This document shows positions 40,352 to 51,111 of a stretch of 64,000 nucleotides of DNA, one piece after another (the stretch's first letter is position 1; every line of letters begins with the position of its first letter). The DNA is from an uncultured Armatimonadetes bacterium (GTDB taxonomy: Bacteria > Armatimonadota > Hebobacteria > Hebobacterales > Hebobacteraceae), in assembly GCA_963716175.1 (NCBI GenBank), contig OY970296.1, positions 1,920,001 through 1,984,000 of the forward strand. Direction: 5' to 3'. The notes beneath the pieces are model-generated. The model was not told the origin of the DNA. It saw only the letters and a program-made list of their open reading frames with translations, and made no database searches. The position numbers and the translations under genes were made by a program.

Positions 40352-42081
40352 TGTACGTCGTCAGCGATTCTGGGACAAAGGCCAAGCTACAGGGTGAGCT
40401 GATCTGAGTCGGTGTTCCTGCTCCTGGGCGGCGAAATGTACAAGCGAGAAAGGAGCAGGGAGATGGAGGAATCGCTGAGGGCCGATGGCAGTGAGGGGCT
40501 AGAGCAACCGGTGGTGAGCCCGGGGCCGGCTCGCAAGCGAGGGGAGACCCCGCGGCAGCAGATGCTACTCTGCGAAGTAGCTTCGCTACGTAGCACGAGT
40601 CCGGAAGGCCAAGGGTGTCACCCGTCGGCACTTCACCGCCGAGGACAAGATCCGGATCGTGATGGAGGGCATCCAAGGGGAGATCCCGGTCTCGGAGCTG
40701 TGCCGGCGGGAGCGGCTGCACACCACGGTCTATTACCGCTGGCTCAAGGACTTCCTGGAGGGGGGCAAGAAGCGGCTGCGAGGGGATGTGCTGCGGGAGG
40801 CGGGTCGGGAGGAAGTGGCGGCGCTGAAAGAGGAGAATGCCCGGCTCAAGTGGCTAGGCGCAAGCGCCGCCATCCCGGTCCACAGGACCTAGGGACAGTT
40901 GGTGGCGGACTATGCCCTTGACCTGATGGCGCTCAAAAAAAGTCTGATGGCGGAGCGATGACCAAACAGCGCCGTCGGGAGATTGTGGAGCTGGTGGCCA
41001 AGTCACCCCATACGGTGGCGGCGACAGTGGCTGAGATCGGGGTCTCCAAGAGCAGCTTCTACCGCTGGCGCGCCCGGATTGAGTCCGGCTGGAGGCCCCG
41101 GCTGAAGAAGGCGGTCTGGAATGAGTTGCGCCCAGAGGAGCGCCAAATCGTGCTCCAGCAGGCTCTGGCGCAGCCCCACCTGAGCGCCCGGGAGCTGGCC
41201 TGGTGGCTCTGCGACCACGCCAATTTCAGCGTTTCTGAGTCCACCGTGGCGCGCCTCCTGAAGGCCCACGGGCTGCTGCCTAGGCGGGGCCCCGAGCAAG
41301 AGCCGGCCGGGAAGGAGTGGCGCCACAAGACCCGCCGCATCAACCAGATCTGGCAGAGCGACGCCACCCGCTTTTTCATCCCGGGCTGGGGCCACTACTG
41401 GCTGGTGTCGGTGCTCGACGATGGCTAGGCCTGCGGCCGCCATGGCGGTCACCCTCGGTGACCTAGCCACTACTCCCGGCGCCTGCTGGCCTGGGAACTG
41501 GTATCCGACATCCAGGCGGAGAGCCTGGTGGCGGTGATCCAGCGGGCAGTGGAAGTCACCGGGGTGACCGCAGCGCCCCTGGTGGAGCGGCCGGCGGTGC
41601 TCACCGACAATGGCTCAGGCTACATCGGCAAGGTGATGCAGAAGTACCTGAAGGCCCTGGACCTGCGCCATCTGCGAGCCCGCTCCCATCATCCCCAGAC
41701 CACCGGCAAGCTTGCCCGCCTCTGGCGGGATCGAGCGGGTGCACCGCACGCTGAAGGATGACGTGGAGCTGGTGGTGCGGATGAGCCCGGGCGAACTGCG
41801 GGCAGCGATCGCCCAGTTCGTGGCTTACTACAACTCCCAGCGCTACCACGAGGTTTACCCGCCTCTGGCGAGGCGCTGCACAACGTCACCCCGGACGACG
41901 TCTGGTTCGGCCGCAGGGAGGAGATTCTGGCCCGGCGAAGAGCGCTCCAGATCCGCACCGTGATCGCGCGCCGGGAACGCTACCGCCGGCTGAGGGGCCA
42001 GTGCAAGAATACAAGAGCGGGAACACCGGAGGTGTAGCTAACGCAAGACCCCTCTTGTCCCAGTCACGCTGACGCCGGACA
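40352..42081 (+). mobile_element. Inactivated IS3-family element
   Basis: IRs TGTACGTCGTCAGCGATTCTGGGACAA / TTGTCCCAGTCACGCTGACGCCGGACA; orfA FTAEDKIRIV; AAAAAAAG slip site; WQSD, TDNG, IER; five micro-insertions. Confidence 0.88.
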
Positions 42082-42446
42082 ACTCGTGGCTCCAGTTTCC
42101 CCCGGGAGACCGCCCGCCGCACCACCTGCGTATGCCGCCGTGTCATCACGGCCCATTGCTCTCGCTGGCCTGCCGCCCGAAGGCCCGCCCGTCACCTGAC
42201 TCCTGGGCCGGTTTGGTGGGCCGATTCGGCGGCTCCATTCGGAAAGCGGCCAACGGCCGGCCTCAGCAGAAGCGCTCCTGGGGCATCCTGAACCCCGTTG
42301 GGCCCATTGGGCCGGATGGGCCGGTTTCTGCGGCATGAAAGACTGCTAAGCGGCGAGGAGATCGGTCCCCTTATGCGAGCGCCCGTTGGCCATGAGGGTT
42401 TCGATATCTGCATTTCGTAGGGAATTGTTGCCCACCGCGAGCTTCG

Positions 42447-42559
42447 GAAGCCGTTCGATGCAGAGAAGGTTCGATGACAGCAACATTCCCTCCACCACTT
42501 GGGAATTGAACCCCGGTCTGGCGACCCCTCGTTCCCAGGTCAGCTCCTCGATGGCCATA
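42447..42559 (+). repeat. 113-bp direct repeat, copy 1
   Basis: Near-identical to 49104-49216. Confidence 0.85.
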
Positions 42560-42639
42560 ACCGTCGTCCTCGGCCCAGTCGCAGGGCGCGGTGACCGGCT
42601 CGGCGAACCCCATTCCAGTATCTACGGGAAGGGAGAGCG

Positions 42640-43077
42640 ATGGCATTAGCACAGGGGCAAGAGAGGGACCGCCCCGGTGTAGCTTGGGCGCTGCTGGTAG
42701 CACGAGTCACCGTGGGGGTCATCTTCATGGCCCACGGCTCCCAGAAGCTGTTCGGGGCGTTCGGCGGACTGGGGCTGGCGGGAGTCGTGAAGATGATGGG
42801 GCCCATTGGCTATCTCGTGACCGTGGATGAGTTCTTCGGCGGGCTCGGGCTGCTGGTCGGGGTCTTGTCCAGGTTCTCGGCCTTCTGGCTGATCGTGGAT
42901 ATGATCGGCGCGATCGCACTGGTTCACGGCAAGAACGGGTTCTTCCTGGGAGCGAAGCCCGGCTTCGAATACAACCTGGCGCTGATTGGCCTGCTCGCGG
43001 CCATCCTGCTCGCGGGGCCGGGAAGGTTCAGCCTGGGGCGGTGGTTGCCCCTGCCCCGCCATGTCGTCCTGGAGTAA
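42640..43077 (+). CDS. DoxX-family membrane protein
   Basis: RVTVGVIFMAHGSQKLFG, GFEYNL, GPGRFSL. Confidence 0.9.
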   Translation: MALAQGQERDRPGVAWALLVARVTVGVIFMAHGSQKLFGAFGGLGLAGVVKMMGPIGYLVTVDEFFGGLGLLVGVLSRFSAFWLIVDMIGAIALVHGKNGFFLGAKPGFEYNLALIGLLAAILLAGPGRFSLGRWLPLPRHVVLE

Positions 43078-43133
43078 CCGCGAGACCGGATTCGCGGAGC
43101 TGCAGATTCTGGCCCCTATTGGTCTGCTCTACC

Positions 43134-44114
43134 ATGCGATCATCTGTACGCCGGGTCCGGACAGCCTTACTGCTACTCTCTATGCTGCTGTGCGCCGTGC
43201 TGTTCGTGTGCTACTTGTGGCGTCCGGACCGGGCGACTGCCGTCACGGTTATCCCGCCGCTGATCTGGGTTGCAGCGGGCCTCAGCCTGGCCATGTTGGG
43301 CCTGGGCCGCGCACGGCTACTGGCGGTCCTGCTGTGGGTCGTATTCCTGCTTGCGTTCGCGGAGCCCTTCAGCTTCGTGCGCGGGCTGCGCGGGCCGGAG
43401 GCCGGGTTCAACGTCGCGCGGACACAGGGGAAGGCGGTGCGGGTGATCACGATCAATGCGGCGGGGGCGGCAGAGGCGCTGGAGCAGGTGGTGCAGTATG
43501 CCCCTGACATCGTTGTAGTGCAGGAGCCGCCGGCCCCTGAGCACGTGGAGGAGGTGGCGAGGAAGCTGTTCGGCCTGCAGGTGGGGGTGGTATGCGGCAC
43601 CGATTGTGACATCCTGTATCGGGGCCGGCCGCCGGCCGACAAGAGGCGGCGGACGACGGCGCGAGCGCGGGTGGAGCTGGGCTCCGGGGAGGAGATCGCG
43701 GTGCTCGGCACGCACCTGGCATCGACGCGGCCCTCTTTCCACCTGTGGCGGCGCGACCGGTGGCACCGGCTGGCACAGGACCGCCGGATGCGGCGCGAGG
43801 AGATGCGAGAGGTGGTGGGAGCCGTGGACGCGGTGCCGGCCGGCAGGCCGATCATCTTGGCCGGCGACTTCAATGCACCGGCCGGAGACGCGGTGTTCCG
43901 AATGCTTCGCCCGCGGCTGCGGGACGCGTTCGCGGAGGCCGGGCGGGGCTGGGGGAACACCTGGTCGAGCAACCTGCCACTGGTGCGGATCGACCAGGTG
44001 TGGATCAGCAGGGAGTGGCGCGCGGTGAATGTGGTAACGCATCGGGCGGGGCCGTCGGATCATCGGATGGTGCTATGCGATCTAGAGCGGAGAGAGGAGA
44101 AAGGGTGGAGGTGA
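43134..44114 (+). CDS. Membrane-anchored endonuclease/exonuclease/phosphatase
   Basis: PDIVVVQE, ILAGDFN, RIDQVW, SDHR. Confidence 0.9.
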   Translation: MRSSVRRVRTALLLLSMLLCAVLFVCYLWRPDRATAVTVIPPLIWVAAGLSLAMLGLGRARLLAVLLWVVFLLAFAEPFSFVRGLRGPEAGFNVARTQGKAVRVITINAAGAAEALEQVVQYAPDIVVVQEPPAPEHVEEVARKLFGLQVGVVCGTDCDILYRGRPPADKRRRTTARARVELGSGEEIAVLGTHLASTRPSFHLWRRDRWHRLAQDRRMRREEMREVVGAVDAVPAGRPIILAGDFNAPAGDAVFRMLRPRLRDAFAEAGRGWGNTWSSNLPLVRIDQVWISREWRAVNVVTHRAGPSDHRMVLCDLERREEKGWR

Positions 44115-44147
44115 TGCTGCCCAGGAGAGGTACCGTGGTGAGGTGGC

Positions 44148-44310
44148 CGACGGCCCCGGCCACCCCCGACTCCGGCTGCCCCCTCGGCTGGGAGGCATTG
44201 CCAGGGTCTCCGTCACCACCCATCGTAGACGACTCTTCCCCGACACGCGAGTCACAGCCTTCCGGTTGGCGGCGTGATGTCAGGCCGGCTTCACCGGTGC
44301 GTGACAGGGA
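44148..44310 (+). repeat. Array repeat R14 (full length)
   Basis: Core plus distal arm. Confidence 0.9.
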
Positions 44311-44367
44311 CACGTAGACTCATGACGCGCCGGTAAGACTGAGAGAATCCCGACGTCTGCCCGCCGA

Positions 44368-47300
44368 TCACACGGTGGCTGGGGCCGCGTCCACGGCGAG
44401 CAGCGCTTCCGCGTGCACAGCGAAGCGTTCGAATTCCTCTCTCACTCGTTCGAATTGTTCGCGCATCTCGGCAAGAGACCCACTGCGACTCACGCCCTCC
44501 AACACAGCCGCGGCCGCGCTCAGCGCGTCCGCTGACACCATCGCCGCTCCCCCCTTCAGCCTATGGCCGAACGCTGAGACGGCCGTCGCGTCCCCTCGCG
44601 CCAGCGCGTCCCCGAGTTCAATCAGCTCATGCGGAGTGCGTGCGACAAACACCCCAACGACCTTCCGCAGCAAAGCGAGATCCCCCGCGCAACGCGCCAG
44701 GGCGCCTTCGTAGTCAAAGGAAGCCGCCACTGTCGAGGAGCCCGAGGGTCGGCCGATCGCCTGCATCGGGAGAGTTCGCGCCTGCGTGGACAGCGACAGA
44801 GTTCCTTTGCTGGAGGGGGCCCATTTGGCGATCATCTCAAGCAGACTCTCCGGCGAGACCGGCTTAGTGAGGTAGTCGTCCATGCCCGCGGCCAAGCACT
44901 CCTCGCGGTCAGCGGTCGTCGCAGAGGCCGTCAGGGCGATGATGGGGAGGTGCGTGCTAGGAGTGAGGGCGGCGCGGGCGCGGATTCGCCGCGCGGCGGT
45001 ATAACCATCCATCTCCGGCATTTGGCAGTCCATCAGCACAAGGTCGTAACTGCGGCTGGTGGCAAGGGCAACCGCCTCCACACCATTGGCAGCGATATCA
45101 CACTGCAGACCTTCGCTCTTCAGTATCCCCTGAGCCACCAACTGGTTGGTCTCGTTGTCCTCAGCCAGCAGAATGCGCAGGTCGCGCGGCAAGGAAGGGG
45201 CATGGGAGGTGGACGCCGCACGAAGCGGCGATGGGTGGCCAGGCCGCCCGCCTGAGAGATGCAGCGCGTCCATCAGCGCGTCGAGCAGGGCTGACTGCCG
45301 TACCGGTTTGGTCAGGAACCTCGATACGCCGAGGGCCTGGTACTGCCGCCGGTCCAGACCAGAACCGATCGAAGTGAGTATGATCAGGACAGTCCCACTG
45401 ACCTTCGGATTGCCACGGACTGCCTGCGTCAGTTCCAGACCATCCATCCCAGACATCTGGTCATTGACCAGCGCGATGCGGAAGGGATTCCCTTGGTTCG
45501 CGGCCTCCAGCAGGAGATCGAGTGCCTCAGATCCATGAGCCGCGGCTACGCTCGTGATGCCCCAAGTTCCCAGTTGAGCCTGAAGAACCTGACGCTTGAT
45601 CGCATTGTCATGGACTATAATCACCCTTGCCTTGCGGAGGTCCGGGCTCCCGTCAGCACCCTGGGATGGCTGTGCCGCGGCCCCGCGCCGGAGAGGAAGC
45701 GTGAACCAGAACGTTGTCCCATGAGAGAGAACGCTCCCCACTCCGATCGTCCCCCCCATCAGCTCGACAAGGCGTTTGGAGATCGCCAGTCCCAGCCCAG
45801 TTCCACCGTACTTCCGCGTGGTTGAGGCATCCGCTTGAGAGAAGGACTGGAAGAGCCTGTCGAGTCGGTCTGCCTCGATGCCCGGTCCCGAGTCTTGCAC
45901 TGAAAGGTGAGCCACCCCATGCTCTTCGTCGATTGCCTCCCATCGGCATCCGAGCACCACCTGCCCCTGCTCGGTGAACTTGAGCGCGTTCCCGATGAGG
46001 TTGCTCAACACCTGCCGCAGACGGTGGCTGTCGCCGACCATCGGGCGCGGCAACTCGGGGGGCAGATCAGGTATCAGCTCGAGCTTCTTCTTCTGCGCCT
46101 GCTCGGCGAAAGCCTCCAGGACGCTCTCCAACGTGTCACGCAGATCGAACGTCGCCTGCTCTACCTGCATCATCCCGGCCTCGATCTTGGAGAAGTCGAG
46201 GATATCGTTGATCAGGCTGAGCAGCAGATCGGCGGAGTAGACGATGGTGCTGGCATACTGCTTCTGCTGTTCATCGAGTTCGGTCTTCAGCAGGAGCCCG
46301 GCCATGCCGACGACCCCGTTCAGGGGCGTGCGGATCTCGTGGCTCAAGTTGGCCAGGAATCGGCTCTTCGCTTCCGTTGCTGCTTTCGCTTGCTCGGCCA
46401 TCTCCTCCGCGTGCTGCCGGGCTTCGGTCAGCTCGGCGTTCGACTCAGCTAGTCGACTGTTCAGCAGGCCAACATCTTGGTACAGCCTGATGTTGTCGGA
46501 GTAAGCCAGTACCTGCCGGATCATGACTAACGCCATGAATGCGAAGCCGATCAGGACTACCCCTAACGAGACGAAGCCGTCTTCCTGTACGTCCTGAGTA
46601 AGCACGAACGCGAATGCGGAGAATGCCAGGAGGTAAGGCAGGATGGAGCGGAGAGAGTCGCCCCGGTGAACGTGAATGGGAACCGTAAGAAGCGCCGTCG
46701 GAGCACCTGTCGAATTGGCTGCGGCGCGCGCCGCAACGAGAGGAGCGCACGCAATGAGAGTGCACCCGACGTTCCAGCCCAAGTCGCCCCACTGCCCGCT
46801 CTGGTACCTGGCTGTCGCGACGGAGAACCAGTAGATAGCATCCGCAACTGACATCGCAAGCATGCCCACGGCAAGGGTCCCCATCGCCAATCGCACCCCC
46901 CGTGCCAACCGCGCCGTTGACATGAGCGCGGCCACGCACACCAACACCGCGAGATCGCCGAGGCAGTACGCGATGTTGACGCTCTTGCCGAATACCGAGA
47001 TCTCGGACTGGCGCCAGAGCGGCCCCACCAGGTAGTACCAACTGAGGACCCCCGCGGCGCTTGTGAGCAGAGCACTGTCCAGGAGGAGACGCGCTTTGCC
47101 GGCGAAGGACAGCGGTTTCAGAAAACACAGGGTGCCTGCCAACAGCGGGACGTAGAACGCGACGTAGAAGAGATCGGCCCAGCTTGGAGTCAGGACACTG
47201 ACGTGTCGTATGACCTCGTAGTACGTCCAGACAAGATCGCCCAGCATGTAGATGAAAACGGCGATCCCGATCAGCAGCCAGCCCGAGCTTTGCCACGGTG

Positions 47301-47529
47301 AGTGACGCCTGATCTGCCGGGCGCACCACAGGCACGTGACTGCAGCCCCAAGCTGAATCGGGATCGCGATAGGATCCCAGTACGCGAGGAACACCTTCTC
47401 TGACCCAGGCTTGAACAGCGCCAACACCACGGTGCCCAGTAGGTACAGACCGAACAGGACGAACGGAACGACCCAACTGCGGCCGCTCCTCCTGAGGCCG
47501 GTCCATGCACCATGGAGTGCTGCGATCAT
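44368..47529 (-). CDS. Membrane hybrid sensor histidine kinase (HisKA-HATPase-REC-REC-Hpt)
   Basis: [40 protein letters not shown]. Confidence 0.95.
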   Translation of the reverse strand: MIAALHGAWTGLRRSGRSWVVPFVLFGLYLLGTVVLALFKPGSEKVFLAYWDPIAIPIQLGAAVTCLWCARQIRRHSPWQSSGWLLIGIAVFIYMLGDLVWTYYEVIRHVSVLTPSWADLFYVAFYVPLLAGTLCFLKPLSFAGKARLLLDSALLTSAAGVLSWYYLVGPLWRQSEISVFGKSVNIAYCLGDLAVLVCVAALMSTARLARGVRLAMGTLAVGMLAMSVADAIYWFSVATARYQSGQWGDLGWNVGCTLIACAPLVAARAAANSTGAPTALLTVPIHVHRGDSLRSILPYLLAFSAFAFVLTQDVQEDGFVSLGVVLIGFAFMALVMIRQVLAYSDNIRLYQDVGLLNSRLAESNAELTEARQHAEEMAEQAKAATEAKSRFLANLSHEIRTPLNGVVGMAGLLLKTELDEQQKQYASTIVYSADLLLSLINDILDFSKIEAGMMQVEQATFDLRDTLESVLEAFAEQAQKKKLELIPDLPPELPRPMVGDSHRLRQVLSNLIGNALKFTEQGQVVLGCRWEAIDEEHGVAHLSVQDSGPGIEADRLDRLFQSFSQADASTTRKYGGTGLGLAISKRLVELMGGTIGVGSVLSHGTTFWFTLPLRRGAAAQPSQGADGSPDLRKARVIIVHDNAIKRQVLQAQLGTWGITSVAAAHGSEALDLLLEAANQGNPFRIALVNDQMSGMDGLELTQAVRGNPKVSGTVLIILTSIGSGLDRRQYQALGVSRFLTKPVRQSALLDALMDALHLSGGRPGHPSPLRAASTSHAPSLPRDLRILLAEDNETNQLVAQGILKSEGLQCDIAANGVEAVALATSRSYDLVLMDCQMPEMDGYTAARRIRARAALTPSTHLPIIALTASATTADREECLAAGMDDYLTKPVSPESLLEMIAKWAPSSKGTLSLSTQARTLPMQAIGRPSGSSTVAASFDYEGALARCAGDLALLRKVVGVFVARTPHELIELGDALARGDATAVSAFGHRLKGGAAMVSADALSAAAAVLEGVSRSGSLAEMREQFERVREEFERFAVHAEALLAVDAAPATV

Positions 47530-47660
47530 CTCAGTGCTCTCGCGTTCATCCGGTCACTCGCGAGCGGCTCCCCATTCTGATCGTGGTCTCCGGCGGCGCG
47601 CACGCGCGCCTGGCTCTCTGGCGCGCGTTGGGGCGTTCTCGTTGCCTTCCACACCAGTTG

Positions 47661-48293
47661 TCACCGCAGGGGGTGGGTCCAAGCGACGTTCAGTATGACC
47701 AGATTCGATTCGCTGCGTGTATTCGGCAAAGCGTAAGCTAGATTCACAGCCACACCCGGGCGAATCTCATGGTAGATACCAAGACCCCTGTAGCCGACAG
47801 ACCAGCTGGCGCAATCCGCGAGCAGGTAGTCCTTCTCTCCGATCTGCTTGTCGACCCCGAATAGCGTCGCCCTGCTTCCCCCGGACGCTGCGCCGCCGAA
47901 GTGCAATCTCAGGCCCCGCCCTATGTCCTTCGTCGCAACCAGGTAGCTCGTTGGCGGGAAGCCAGACCCGAGTTCCATACAGCCAACCGCCACCGCCGGC
48001 CGCCCGTGCTTCTCCGAGCAGGCAAGCCACTTTCCGTTGAATACGATGTCATTCGATGAGCCGACTGAGTACAGGTCAGCTCCCAGCTCGAGTCGCGGAT
48101 TCTGTGCGTATTCGAGCAACATGCAGCTCTCAGCTGCTGGACCGAACAGGTGTGGGGCCCCGTCATTTTCGAGTTCGATTCTCAGGTTGCCGACCTCCAG
48201 CATGTCGGCCGTGGGGATGATGTTCGACGAGGTCGGAAAGCCCCAGACGACCGTTGTCGTCGTCAAGAGCGCGAGAGCGACGAGCAATCTCAT
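47661..48293 (-). CDS. Exported beta-strand-rich hypothetical protein (YjbH-like)
   Basis: Signal peptide; NIIPTADML; PAVAVG. Confidence 0.55.
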   Translation of the reverse strand: MRLLVALALLTTTTVVWGFPTSSNIIPTADMLEVGNLRIELENDGAPHLFGPAAESCMLLEYAQNPRLELGADLYSVGSSNDIVFNGKWLACSEKHGRPAVAVGCMELGSGFPPTSYLVATKDIGRGLRLHFGGAASGGSRATLFGVDKQIGEKDYLLADCASWSVGYRGLGIYHEIRPGVAVNLAYALPNTRSESNLVILNVAWTHPLR

Positions 48294-48400
48294 TCCCGCT
48301 CCTGTTCCTGGCAACAGCAGTTCCGGCGGCGGCTGTTCGATCCCCCAGGTCCGAGGCGCCGGATATGGGGGAAGACGCACGAACGCTGTTAAGGCGCTTG

Positions 48401-48766
48401 CTACTCGTTGAGAAGAACGGCCAGGACCTCCGATACCATTTTGGAGTCGAAAGGCTTCAGCAGGCAAAGGCCAGCGCCAGCGGACAAGGCCTCACCCACA
48501 CGCTCGTCATGCGCCGAAGCCGTGATCATGACGAAGGTCGCCTTCGGGAGGACCGGGCGGATCGCTCGAAGGACCTCGAGTCCGTCCAGTTCGGGCATCT
48601 TGATATCGAGTAAGACGACATCGAACGCTTGGCTACGGGCCGCGAGGATGCCGAGTCGAGGCGATGTGTGAGTGGTCACCTGATGGCCCTGCTTGGTCAG
48701 AATGTCGCTGAGCAGTGTGCAGACGATCTCGTCATCATCGACCACCAGCGCCTTCAGCGAACGCAT
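48401..48766 (-). CDS. Single-domain response regulator
   Basis: LVVDDD, LLDIKMPELDG, KPF. Confidence 0.92.
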   Translation of the reverse strand: MRSLKALVVDDDEIVCTLLSDILTKQGHQVTTHTSPRLGILAARSQAFDVVLLDIKMPELDGLEVLRAIRPVLPKATFVMITASAHDERVGEALSAGAGLCLLKPFDSKMVSEVLAVLLNE

Positions 48767-49103
48767 GTTCCCCTCTTTCCCGAGTAGACTGGGCCACTAC
48801 CGTATTCATCTTCATCCACTTAACCATTCTCTGATTCCATACCTGAGCCCCAGGATGACGTCAACTGGCGACGAAACCCCGTGGGTGTGTCACGTCGTTG
48901 AGACACTGATTCCTAGGCAGATGCGGGCTTTGCTGACCTCAGAGGCGCGGGCACGGGAACGACACAGCCGTGGGGATGGGACGGCGATCATAGAGCTGGC
49001 AACGCCTACCAGGGCGCGGCCGGGGGCCCGGAGTCGCGAGGCGCGGCAGAGCGCGTTTCGAAGCGCACGAGTCCCTACCAAACGTCCCTGGCATCGAACT
49101 CCC

Positions 49104-49216
49104 GAAGCCGTCCGATGCGGAGAAGTTTCGATGACAGCAACATTCCCTCCACCACTTGGGAATTGAACTCCGGTCTGGCGGCCCCCCGTTCCCAGGTCAG
49201 CTCCTCGATGGCGATA
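49104..49216 (+). repeat. 113-bp direct repeat, copy 2
   Basis: Near-identical to 42447-42559. Confidence 0.85.
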
Positions 49217-49320
49217 GCCGCTGTTGTCGGCCTAGCGCCAGAACTGGCGTTATCGGCCCAGAACGAGCGTTCCCCGTCGAGACGGATGCAGCGCAAGGGG
49301 GTGGGTCAGTTTCCGATGAA

Positions 49321-50717
49321 CTATCATAGAAGCGGCTTGCCCTCGCGGTGCCGAATCAGAGGCCTGACCGATAGCCTCAGAGGAGGACAAGCCAGAGATG
49401 CTCTATGTGGGATTGGATGTGCACAGCCAGTGGACCACGCTCCGGGGCTTCGATCCCGAGACCGGCGAGATCGTGGAGCGTGCGCGCATCAGCAATGAGC
49501 CGGAGGTGATGGCCGTCGTGCTCGGGGAGCTGCCCGGCCCTTTGCACGGGGTGATGGAGACGGGAACCAATGCCTGGTCCATGTATCGCGTGCTGAAGCC
49601 CTACTTCGCCCGCCTGGTGATCGCGGACCCGGCGCAGTTGTGGGATCGCAAGCGGGATCGTAGTGCGAAGACGGATCGGCGAGATGAGATGCCCTGCGCA
49701 TGGCGCAGAAGCTGTATCGGGAAGAGATCAAGGGGATCTATGTACCGGACGAGCATACCCAGGATCTGCGGGTATTGGTGCGGGGCAAGGTGCGAGCGAC
49801 CCGGTGGGTGACGAAGCTGGTGAACGAGATCGGATCGTTGTTGCGGTGCTGGGGGGAGGTCGAGTCCAAGAGCCTGCTCTCGAAGCGGGGGAAGGACCAC
49901 TTGGACGCCGCGCAGTTGCCGGGACATTCGGCGCGGGTGCTGGAGCTGTGGCGAGAGATGCTGGAGAAGGCGCAGGAGATCGAGGCGGAGCTGGAGGTGG
50001 CGATCAAGGAAGAGGCCGAGCGTGACGCGGTTTGCGCGCAGTTGCGCACGATGCCCTCGGTAGGGCCCTTCACCGCGTTGGCGGTGCGAGCCGAGATCGG
50101 CGACATTCGACGCTTCCCCAGTTCGGCGGCATTGATCTCCTATGCCGGCCTGGCACCACGCGTCTTCCAGAGCGGAGAGCACTGCCGCTATGGGCCCTTG
50201 GGACACCGGGGCAATCCCTGGCTGCGGTACGCACTGGGCCTGCTGGCGAACCGGATGGCCTGCCAGGGCAAGGGCAGTCGCCTGCATCAGCGCTACTGGC
50301 GGATCCAGCTGCGGGGGCATCGCAATGGCGCCAAGATGGCCGTGGCGCGAAAGGCCACGCATCTGATCTACCATCTCTTGCGCACCGGGCAGCCGTGGCG
50401 GGAACTGGCACCGGAGGAGCACGTGCAGGTCACGGTTTGATCGCGAGCGGCTGGAGCTCGCACCCTTGGCGGGAGCACTCCCCCTCAATCGGCTAGCCGC
50501 GCAGACGGCTCTCGATGAACTGGGAGGCTCCCCATCCGCGACGATAGCATGCGCCCCGGAGCGCCGATAGCGAACTCGCGAGAAACCAGCCGCGCACAGA
50601 TCCTGGGCGAGCCACGGCGGGCTCCACCACAGCGGGGGTTCCGCCCTTGCGGCTCGCGGAGAACGCATGTGACGTGAGGAAAGAAGGCACTGATGAGGAC
50701 TTGACGCCGCTTCTATA
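49321..50717 (+). mobile_element. IS110-family (IS1111-type) element
   Basis: Subterminal IRs ATAGAAGCGGC (49326) / GCCGCTTCTAT (50706); ~280-bp non-coding 3' end. Confidence 0.85.
49398..50440 (+). pseudogene. IS110 recombinase frameshifted by a GAGAT duplication at 49681-49690
   Basis: YVGLDVH, METG, KTDRRD, SYAGLAPRVFQSG, AVARK. Confidence 0.88.
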
Positions 50718-51111
50718 GCGCGCCGATTGACAGTCCGTTGCGCCCGGCGTCTCCCACTTCGTCCCAGACCCACTCGATTGGACCAGGCTGGCGCGGATGT
50801 ACAGCCTCCTCGAAGGGTACGGCAAGGGCAACCGAGTGGAGACGGTCGCGGTCGGAAGGGGTGCTTTCCTGGTTCCCCGGTCGGTGCCGGTGCCCTCGCT
50901 TCCCTAGCGGGGATAGGCGACCGCATTCGCGGGCACTGCCCCACAGCTCTGTGCAGATCACTCAGCGTGCTGATGAGCGATGCCAACGACCAACCGGCCC
51001 GCGGTGCCGGATCCCACACCCAGCCTCCCCGGCTCGTCCGGCCCGCTTCCCATACCCCTGCGGCCGCCGGGGTGGAATGCGCCGGTGAGGGGGCGGCCGA
51101 GTTGGCGGCCG

